DNA of 4,468 bases, taken from IMG/VR virus record IMGVR_UViG_2711768074_000001. One strand, 5' to 3'. Numbering within the stretch: the first letter of the stretch is position 1; each line of letters starts with the position of its first letter. The notes beneath the pieces were generated by a model. It saw only the letters and a list, made by a program, of their open reading frames with translations. It did not search any database and had not been told where the DNA came from. The DNA comes from a virus (taxonomy: Duplodnaviria > Heunggongvirae > Uroviricota > Caudoviricetes). Shown here piece by piece: positions 1 to 4,468 of this stretch. Position numbers and translations under genes: made by a program.

Positions 1-1
1 C

Positions 2-115
2 GGCGTGTTTCCCAACCAGGACGGCACGTTTACCGCGATGACGTATACCAGAAGCAAAACGTTTAAAACCGAAAATGGTGCCCGTCGCTGGCTGGAAAGA
101 AACTCAGGTGAGTGA
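2..115 (+). CDS. 3' end of an upstream gene (5'-partial, start lies left of the window); hypothetical protein ending ...VFPNQDGTFTAMTYTRSKTFKTENGARRWLERNSGE
   Basis: Frame open from the window edge to TGA at 113-115 with protein-like composition. The other two + frames stop at 39-41 and 64-66. The next ORF starts 1 bp downstream with its SD inside this 3' end, a typical operon arrangement. Confidence 0.4.
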   Translation, partial: GVFPNQDGTFTAMTYTRSKTFKTENGARRWLERNSGE

Positions 116-116
116 T

Positions 117-245
117 ATGGATTTCGACACAATCATGGAAAAGGCTTACGAAGAATACTTCGAAGGCCTTGCCGAAGGCGAAGAAGCTCTCAGCTTCAGT
201 GAGTTTAAACAGGCGCTTTCCAGCTCGGCAAAATCTAACGGCTGA
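117..245 (+). CDS. Small, highly acidic hypothetical protein (42 aa; MDFDTIMEKAYEEYFEGLAEGEEALSFSEFKQALSSSAKSNG)
   Basis: ATG at 117 preceded by SD AGGTGA (106-111) with a 5-nt spacer; stop TGA at 243-245. 10 acidic against 3 basic residues; enterobacterial-looking codon usage. Below the length cutoff of the supplied ORF track. An alternative in-frame ATG at 75 lacks an SD. Confidence 0.5.
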   Translation: MDFDTIMEKAYEEYFEGLAEGEEALSFSEFKQALSSSAKSNG

Positions 246-274
246 TAAGCGAAGCAGCACCGCGAGGAATCAGT

Positions 275-493
275 ATGCAGAAACGAGAACCCGTCATCAT
301 CTCGCCAGACTATACCGATGATGAACTTTATGAGTGGATGCGCCAGAAAATTAATGCAGCGCAGGATCTGAAATGGGCCAATGAAGCCAGGGCTAAGCAG
401 GCTGAAAATCTGTCCGCTCTGGAGCAGGATATCACCAGGCTGGAAAAAGCAGCGGCATTAAGCATTGCCAGAATGATTACATACCCGCGTTAA
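275..493 (+). CDS. Hypothetical small phage protein (72 aa) with a predicted helical/coiled-coil C-terminal half
   Basis: ATG at 275 with SD GAGGA (264-268) and a 6-nt spacer; tandem stops TAA-TAG at 491-496. Protein-like composition (DYTDDELYEWMRQKINAAQDLKWANEARAKQAENLSALEQDITRLEKAA). Function not recognised. Confidence 0.7.
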   Translation: MQKREPVIISPDYTDDELYEWMRQKINAAQDLKWANEARAKQAENLSALEQDITRLEKAAALSIARMITYPR

Positions 494-771
494 TAGCTAA
501 CCAACGAAGCTAAGGTTGGTAATTAAGGAGTTCTCCACGGGTGAGGTGGAGTGCGTGCGCCGGACATGGGTGAGCATCCGGCACTGACAGTTTACTGAAA
601 GGATATTTCCATGAAAAGTCAGACCATAACGCGAAAGCGCACGGCGAGGTAGCTGGTTCATAGATAGCCTGTCGTTAAATTTTCGTCGACCGTGCGCTTC
701 CGGTTGTGGCACTCCGCGAAATGGCGCGGCGGTAAGTATGGCGGGGTTATTCCTTCCCCGTTGAGGACACC

Positions 772-808
772 GGGTTGTCAGGTTGACCATACGCTTAAGC
801 GACAACCC
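772..808. repeat. 8-bp inverted repeat GGGTTGTC-N21-GACAACCC within the ORF-poor region; the loop contains the palindrome GCTTAAGC (793-800)
   Basis: 772-779 is the exact reverse complement of 801-808. The strongest of several potential hairpins in 494-1060. Confidence 0.4.
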
Positions 809-984
809 CGCTGCAACGCCCTCTGTTATCAATTTTCTGGTGACGTTTGGCGGTATCAGTTTTACTCCGTGACTGCTCTGCCGCCGTTTTTAAAGTGAAT
901 TTTGTGATGCGGTGAATGCGGCTGAGCGCACGCGGAACAGTTAAAACCAAAAACAGTGTTATGGGTGGATTCTCTGTATCCGGC

Positions 985-1029
985 GTTAATTGTTAACTGG
1001 TTAACGTCACCTGGAGGCACCAGGCACCA
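985..1029. promoter_or_regulatory. Candidate operator/regulatory block: three closely spaced GTTAAY hexamers (GTTAAT 985-990, GTTAAC 992-997, GTTAAC 1000-1005) followed by tandem heptamer GGCACCA x2 (1016-1029), about 30-75 bp upstream of ATG 1061
   Basis: Direct reading. GTTAAC is itself palindromic and 992-1005 forms a near-palindromic 14-mer. No convincing -35/-10 pair was found, so the regulatory role is inferred from repeat structure and position only. Confidence 0.3.
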
Positions 1030-1060
1030 CATCACAAAATTCATTGTTGAGGACGCGATA

Positions 1061-1249
1061 ATGGAAACGTTATTACCAAACGTTAATACGTCTGAAGGTT
1101 GTTTTGAAATTGGTGTCACTATCAGTAACCCTGTATTTACTGAAGATGCCATTAACAAGAGAAAACACGAACGGGAGCTATTAAATAAAATATGCATTCT
1201 TTCAATGCTGGCCCGTTTACGTCCGATACAAAAAGGATGCTGGCAATGA
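1061..1249 (+). CDS. Hypothetical small protein (62 aa), translationally coupled to the downstream gene
   Basis: ATG at 1061 with SD TGAGGA (1048-1053) and a 7-nt spacer; the stop TGA (1247-1249) overlaps the next ATG (1246-1248) as ATGA. The track's longer version (956-1249) starts at a GTG with no SD and would run through the GTTAAC repeat block, so I prefer 1061. Confidence 0.5.
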   Translation: METLLPNVNTSEGCFEIGVTISNPVFTEDAINKRKHERELLNKICILSMLARLRPIQKGCWQ

Positions 1250-1437
1250 ATACAGCATTTGCACTTGTTCTGACAGTTTTTCTTGTTTCCGGAGAGCCAG
1301 TTGATATTGCAGTCAGTGTTCACAGGACAATGCAGGAGTGTGTGACTGCAGCAACCGAACAGAAAATTCCCGGTAACTGTTACCCGGTCGATAAAGTTAT
1401 TCACCAGGATAATAACGAAATCCCGGCAGGTCTTTAA
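1246..1437 (+). CDS. Small protein with N-terminal hydrophobic (signal-peptide/TM-like) segment; in the position occupied by racC immediately upstream of recE in Rac-type prophages (positional inference only)
   Basis: ATG at 1246 with SD AAAGGA (1231-1236) and ATGA coupling to the upstream ORF; stop TAA at 1435-1437. The N-terminus MNTAFALVLTVFLVSGEPVDIAVS is hydrophobic. Other in-frame starts at 1192 and 1237 are possible (1192 gives the 81-aa track ORF). Confidence 0.6.
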   Translation: MNTAFALVLTVFLVSGEPVDIAVSVHRTMQECVTAATEQKIPGNCYPVDKVIHQDNNEIPAGL

Positions 1438-1529
1438 AACAGTTCCGTAATAAACATCCGGTTTCATTCTTATATGCCAGCAATGGCAGGGATTTGTTCA
1501 CCCTTAAATCTGTAATGAGGTAAAACAAA

Positions 1530-4001
1530 ATGAGTAAAGTCTTTATTTGCGCTGCTATTCCTGATGAACAGGCCATAAAAGAAGATAGCGCTGTTGCGGT
1601 GGCCACTGCCATTGAAGCTGGTGATGAGCGTCGCGCACGCGCAAAATTTCATTGGCAATTTCTGGAGCAATTCCCTGCAGCTCAGGACTGCGCTTATAAA
1701 TTTATTGTCTGTGAGGATAAACCCGGCATACCCCGCCCTGCCCTCGATTCCTGGGATGCTGAATATATGCAGGAAAACCGCTGGGATGAGGAGTCTGCTT
1801 CCTTTGTCCCGGTTGAGACTGAATCCGATCCGATGAACGTCACTTTTGACAAGCTGGCCCCTGAAGTACAGAACGCTGTCATGGTTAAGTTCGACACATG
1901 TGAAAACATCACCGTTGATATGGTTATTAGCGCACAGGAATTGTTGCAGGAAGACATGGCAACATTCGACGGACATATCGTTGAAGCGTTGATGAAAATG
2001 CCAGAAGTTAACGCCATGTATCCGGAGCTTAAGCTGCATGCCATCGGGTGGGTTAAGCATAAATGTAAGCCTGGTGCCAAATGGCCCGAAATTCAGGCAG
2101 AGATGCGCATCTGGAAAAAACGTCGCGAAGGTGAACGCAAGGAAACCGGAAAATACACGTCTGTTGTTGATCTCGCCCGCGCCAGAGTCAATCAACAGCA
2201 CACTGAAAATTCAACAGGAAAAATCAGCCTGGTCATTGCTGCCATTCATCGCGAATACAAGCAGACATGGAAAACACTGGATGACGAACTGGCCTACGCT
2301 CTCTGGCCTGGTGATGTGGATGCCGGAAACATTGACGGCAGCATCCATCGCTGGGCAAAAAATGAAGTTATCGACAACGACCGCGAAGACTGGAAGCGTA
2401 TCTCGACATCAATGCGCAAACAGCCTGATGCCCTTCGCTACGACCGCCAGACTATTTTTGGCCTTGTCCGTGAACGTCCGATCGACATTCACAAAGATCC
2501 CGTAGCACTGAACAAATATATCTGCGAATACCTGACGACAAAGGGCGTGTTTGAGAATGAAGAAACAGACCTGGGCACTGTTGATGTTCTCCAGTCATCA
2601 GAAACACAAACTGATGCAGTGGAAACTGAGGTATCTGATATCCCAAAAAATGAAACCGCGCCGGAAGCTGAACCATCTGTAGAGCGTGAGGGGCCGTTCT
2701 ACTTCCTCTTCACCGACAAGGATGGCGAAAAATACGGTCGCGCAAACAAACTTTCTGGTCTGGATAAGGCGCTGTCTGCTGGGGCTACTGAAATCACGAA
2801 AGAAGAATATTTCGCCCGCAAAAACGGTACATACTCAGGTTCACAACAAAATACTGGTGCATCTGACACGACCGCACAACCAGGGCCGGTAAAAGTTACC
2901 GCTGACGAAGTAAACAAAATTATGCAGGCAGCCAATATCAGCCAGCCTGACGCCGATAAGTTACTTGCTGTATCGCGTGGTGAATTTGTTGAGGGGATTA
3001 GCGCCCCTAATGATCCGAAATGGGTCAAGGGGATCCAGACTCGCGATTCTGTGAACCAGAACCAGCATGAATCGGAACGGAACTACCAAAAAGCGGAACA
3101 AAACAGCCCAAATGCGTTACAAAACGAGCCAGAAACGAAACAACCTGAACCAGTAGTGCAACAGGAACCGGAAAAGATCTGCACCGCCTGCGGTCAGAGC
3201 GGTGGCGGCAACTGCCCTGATTGTGGTGCGGTGATGGGTGACGCAACATACCAGGAAATATTCGATGGAGAGAATCAGCCTGAAGTTCAGGAAAATGATC
3301 CGGAGGAAATGGAAGGCACTGCGCATCAGCACAAGGAGAACACTGGCGGCAATCAGCATCATGCCAGCGATAGTGAAACTGGCGAGGCGTCAGATCCCTT
3401 AATTAAGGCGAACGGTCATCATAATCTCACATCCACCAGCAGAGCGGGGATTCATCTGATGATCGACCTTGAAACCATGGGAAAAAATCCCGATGCCCCG
3501 ATTATCTCAATAGGTGCAATATTTTTCGATCCGCAAACCGGAGATATGGGACCGGAATTTAGTAAGACTATCGATCTGGAAACTGCTGGCGGAGTCATTG
3601 ATCGGGACACCATTAAATGGTGGCTTAAACAATCACGCGAAGCGCAATCTGCCATTATGGCCGATGAAATCCCGTTAGATGATGCACTGTTACAATTGCG
3701 GGAATTTATCGACGAAAACTCCGGTGAATTTTTTGTTCATGTCTGGGGAAATGGAGCCAACTTCGACAACACGATTTTGCGCCGTTCATACGAACGGCAG
3801 GGGATCCCCTGCCCGTGGCGTTACTACAACGATCGCGATGTACGCACAATCGTTGAGCTGGGGAAAGCCATAGACTTCGATGCCAGAACGGCTATTCCAT
3901 TCGAAGGTGAGCGCCATAATGCACTTGATGACGCCCGTTACCAGGCAAAATACGTTTCAGCTATCTGGCAAAAACTGATCCCGAGTCAGGCTGATTTTTA
4001 A
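1530..4001 (+). CDS. Large prophage exonuclease (823 aa): long N-terminal region of unknown function, Q/E-rich linkers, Cys4 zinc-ribbon-like motif, and C-terminal DEDDh (DnaQ-like) 3'-5' exonuclease domain; possibly of the family annotated as exodeoxyribonuclease VIII (RecE)-like in enterobacterial prophages
   Basis: Single 2.47 kb ORF with SD TGAGG (1516-1520) 9 nt before ATG 1530. The C-terminal ~180 aa carry the three DEDDh motifs in canonical order: D646-x-E648 (MIDLETMG), D746 (GNGANFD), H796-x4-D801 (HNALDDARY). CxxC-x7-CxxC at residues 551-565. The central stretch ADKLLAVSRGEFVEGISAPNDPKWVKGIQTRD resembles what I recall of the non-catalytic part of Rac RecE (unverified). All antisense and alternative-frame ORFs inside it are treated as spurious. 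Confidence 0.9.
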   Translation: MSKVFICAAIPDEQAIKEDSAVAVATAIEAGDERRARAKFHWQFLEQFPAAQDCAYKFIVCEDKPGIPRPALDSWDAEYMQENRWDEESASFVPVETESDPMNVTFDKLAPEVQNAVMVKFDTCENITVDMVISAQELLQEDMATFDGHIVEALMKMPEVNAMYPELKLHAIGWVKHKCKPGAKWPEIQAEMRIWKKRREGERKETGKYTSVVDLARARVNQQHTENSTGKISLVIAAIHREYKQTWKTLDDELAYALWPGDVDAGNIDGSIHRWAKNEVIDNDREDWKRISTSMRKQPDALRYDRQTIFGLVRERPIDIHKDPVALNKYICEYLTTKGVFENEETDLGTVDVLQSSETQTDAVETEVSDIPKNETAPEAEPSVEREGPFYFLFTDKDGEKYGRANKLSGLDKALSAGATEITKEEYFARKNGTYSGSQQNTGASDTTAQPGPVKVTADEVNKIMQAANISQPDADKLLAVSRGEFVEGISAPNDPKWVKGIQTRDSVNQNQHESERNYQKAEQNSPNALQNEPETKQPEPVVQQEPEKICTACGQSGGGNCPDCGAVMGDATYQEIFDGENQPEVQENDPEEMEGTAHQHKENTGGNQHHASDSETGEASDPLIKANGHHNLTSTSRAGIHLMIDLETMGKNPDAPIISIGAIFFDPQTGDMGPEFSKTIDLETAGGVIDRDTIKWWLKQSREAQSAIMADEIPLDDALLQLREFIDENSGEFFVHVWGNGANFDNTILRRSYERQGIPCPWRYYNDRDVRTIVELGKAIDFDARTAIPFEGERHNALDDARYQAKYVSAIWQKLIPSQADF
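3447..4001 (+). other. DEDDh 3'-5' exonuclease domain (C-terminal domain of the 823-aa protein)
   Basis: Exo I DLET (codons at 3465-3473), Exo II NGANFD (3750-3767), Exo III HNALDD (3915-3932), spaced as in DnaQ-like exonucleases. Domain boundaries are approximate. Confidence 0.75.
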
Positions 4002-4016
4002 TGTTCAACCCTAATT

Positions 4017-4043
4017 GCCGCTAACCGTATATAGTTAGCGGCG
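4017..4043. repeat. Perfect 9-bp inverted repeat GCCGCTAAC-N9-GTTAGCGGC in the exonuclease/xis-like intergenic region (possible operator or RNA hairpin; not a canonical intrinsic terminator)
   Basis: 4017-4025 is the exact reverse complement of 4035-4043. No U-tract follows (GGTTATGAG), so it is not a typical rho-independent terminator. Confidence 0.5.
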
Positions 4044-4059
4044 GTTATGAGATATAGCT

Positions 4060-4263
4060 ATGAGCAGCTTATTTTTAACCGAAGATGAATTGCTAATATT
4101 AACGGGCTGCAAATATGCAAGCCACCAGCGAAAATGGTTAATGGAAAACGGGCTTCCGTTCTATACCAATCGTAGTGGCAAACCGATTGTCAGCCGGGAG
4201 CTATTTACCTGCAATAAAACTTTACCACCACGCGAGGTAGAGCCGAATTTTGGTGCGATCTGA
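4060..4263 (+). CDS. DUF4224-like small protein (67 aa), excisionase-like by position directly upstream of the integrase
   Basis: N-terminus MSSLFLTEDELLILTG...WLMENGLPF...GKPIVSRELF fits the pattern I recall for DUF4224 proteins found next to prophage integrases. The stop TGA (4261-4263) overlaps the integrase ATG (4263-4265). The SD is weak. Confidence 0.7.
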   Translation: MSSLFLTEDELLILTGCKYASHQRKWLMENGLPFYTNRSGKPIVSRELFTCNKTLPPREVEPNFGAI

Positions 4264-4457
4264 TGGGAAGACGAAGGAAAAATCCTGAACACGAAAAATT
4301 ACCTCCAAATGTATACCCAAATAAATATAGTTATGTATGGAAACCAACATCCAGAGAATCTGTAACACTAACCGCCGGTAATGACTCCAACTTATTGATA
4401 GTGTTTTATGTTCAGATAATGCCCGATGACTTTGTCATGCAGCTCCACCGATTTTGA
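4263..4457 (+). pseudogene. int: Phage tyrosine integrase, N-terminal fragment only; interrupted by IS1 after codon 38 (native part 4263-4376, then 26 IS1-encoded codons to a stop)
   Basis: MGRRRKNPEHEKLPPNVY... resembles the arm-binding N-terminus of lambda-family integrases (lambda Int begins MGRRRSHERRDLPPNLY, from memory). From 4377 the reading frame is inside the IS1 terminal sequence and terminates at TGA 4455-4457, whereas a full integrase is about 350-400 aa. Confidence 0.8.
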
Positions 4458-4468
4458 GAACGACAGCG
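4377..4468 (-). mobile_element. IS1 insertion sequence, terminal 92 bp (IRR end, element in inverted orientation, continues past the window edge)
   Basis: 4377-4468 (GGTAATGACTCCAACTTATTGATAGTGTTTTATGTTCAGATAATGCCCGATGACTTTGTCATGCAGCTCCACCGATTTTGAGAACGACAGCG) is the reverse complement of the IS1 right end as I remember it, including the ~23-bp terminal inverted repeat. Needs BLASTN confirmation. Confidence 0.9.
4392..4468 (-). CDS. insB: IS1 transposase InsB (InsAB'), C-terminal 24 codons (3' end of the gene; 5' part lies beyond the window)
   Basis: Minus-strand translation of 4466..4392 gives ...LSFSKSVELHDKVIGHYLNIKHYQ*, with the stop TAA at 4394-4392, matching the InsB C-terminus inside the IS1 right end. 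Confidence 0.85.
   Translation of the reverse strand, partial: LSFSKSVELHDKVIGHYLNIKHYQ

Noticed and set aside
63-260. 65-aa ORF on the minus strand
   Set aside because: Antisense to two better-supported + strand ORFs; no SD; composition not protein-like. Likely a shadow ORF.
112-321. 69-aa GTG-start ORF on the + strand
   Set aside because: It overlaps both the SD-supported acidic ORF (117-245) and the start of the 275-493 gene in another frame; basic, low-complexity product; no SD.
497-523. Intrinsic terminator after the 72-aa gene (hairpin ACCAAC-N9-GTTGGT)
   Set aside because: Short AU-containing stem with no following U-tract; not a convincing rho-independent terminator.
640-670. tRNA-like T-arm motif (GGTTCATAGATAGCC)
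   Set aside because: No acceptor stem, D-arm or anticodon arm could be assembled around it.
497-832. 111-aa ORF on the minus strand in the ORF-poor region
   Set aside because: The start is a TTG with no SD; the product is Arg/Pro-rich and does not look like a folded protein; opposite in direction to the operon. Kept only as a caveat to the non-coding interpretation.
849-890. Intrinsic terminator at GGCGG...CCGCCGTTTTT
   Set aside because: A T-run is present but the candidate stem is only 5 bp around a ~27-nt loop; too weak to call without transcript data.
692-898. 68-aa GTG-start ORF on the + strand
   Set aside because: No SD and a W/R/C/G-rich product. The same frame is broken by three stops (896, 905, 923) before 956, so it is not a simple frameshifted gene either.
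956-1060. GTG-start N-terminal extension of the 1061-1249 gene (the 97-aa version)
   Set aside because: It would translate through the GTTAAC/GGCACCA repeat block and has no SD, whereas ATG 1061 has a good one.
862-1467. 201-aa ORF on the minus strand
   Set aside because: Antisense to the two coupled small genes and the regulatory block; Cys-rich product that does not look like a real protein. Shadow ORF.
1470-3655. Multiple antisense and alternative-frame ORFs inside the large exonuclease gene (for example 1470-2201 minus, 1694-2080 minus, 2038-2505 plus, 2699-3028 minus, 3117-3362 minus)
   Set aside because: All are embedded in a long, well-supported ORF with conserved catalytic motifs; none has its own SD and their products look like junk.
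1530-4001. Calling the large protein canonical RecE (5'-3' exonuclease VIII) and assigning the symbol recE
   Set aside because: The C-terminal catalytic domain shows DEDDh motifs rather than the PD-(D/E)XK-type nuclease of Rac RecE, so only RecE-like is justified and the symbol is left empty pending a database search.
1-4468. CRISPR array, toxin-antitoxin pair or recognisable defence-system genes
   Set aside because: No spaced direct repeats and no proteins with recognisable defence-system domains; the content is explained by a prophage recombination/integration module plus IS1.

Overview
This 4.5 kb window reads as the recombination/integration arm of a lambdoid (Rac-like) enterobacterial prophage, with all credible genes on the + strand. 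In order: the 3' end of an upstream gene (to 115), a 42-aa highly acidic ORF (117-245), a 72-aa ORF (275-493), a ~570 bp ORF-poor, hairpin-rich gap (494-1060), two translationally coupled small genes (1061-1249, 1246-1437), an 823-aa multidomain exonuclease (1530-4001) whose C-terminal domain carries clear DEDDh 3'-5' exonuclease motifs, a DUF4224/excisionase-like small gene (4060-4263), and an integrase gene that is native for only 38 codons before an IS1 end begins at 4377 and runs to the window edge. I see no tRNA, rRNA or CRISPR array, and no recognisable defence system. The candidates for novelty are the mosaic exonuclease with no adjacent annealase, the structured non-coding gap, and the small acidic ORF. 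Every homology statement here is from reading the sequence and from memory of the families; nothing was searched, so names are provisional.
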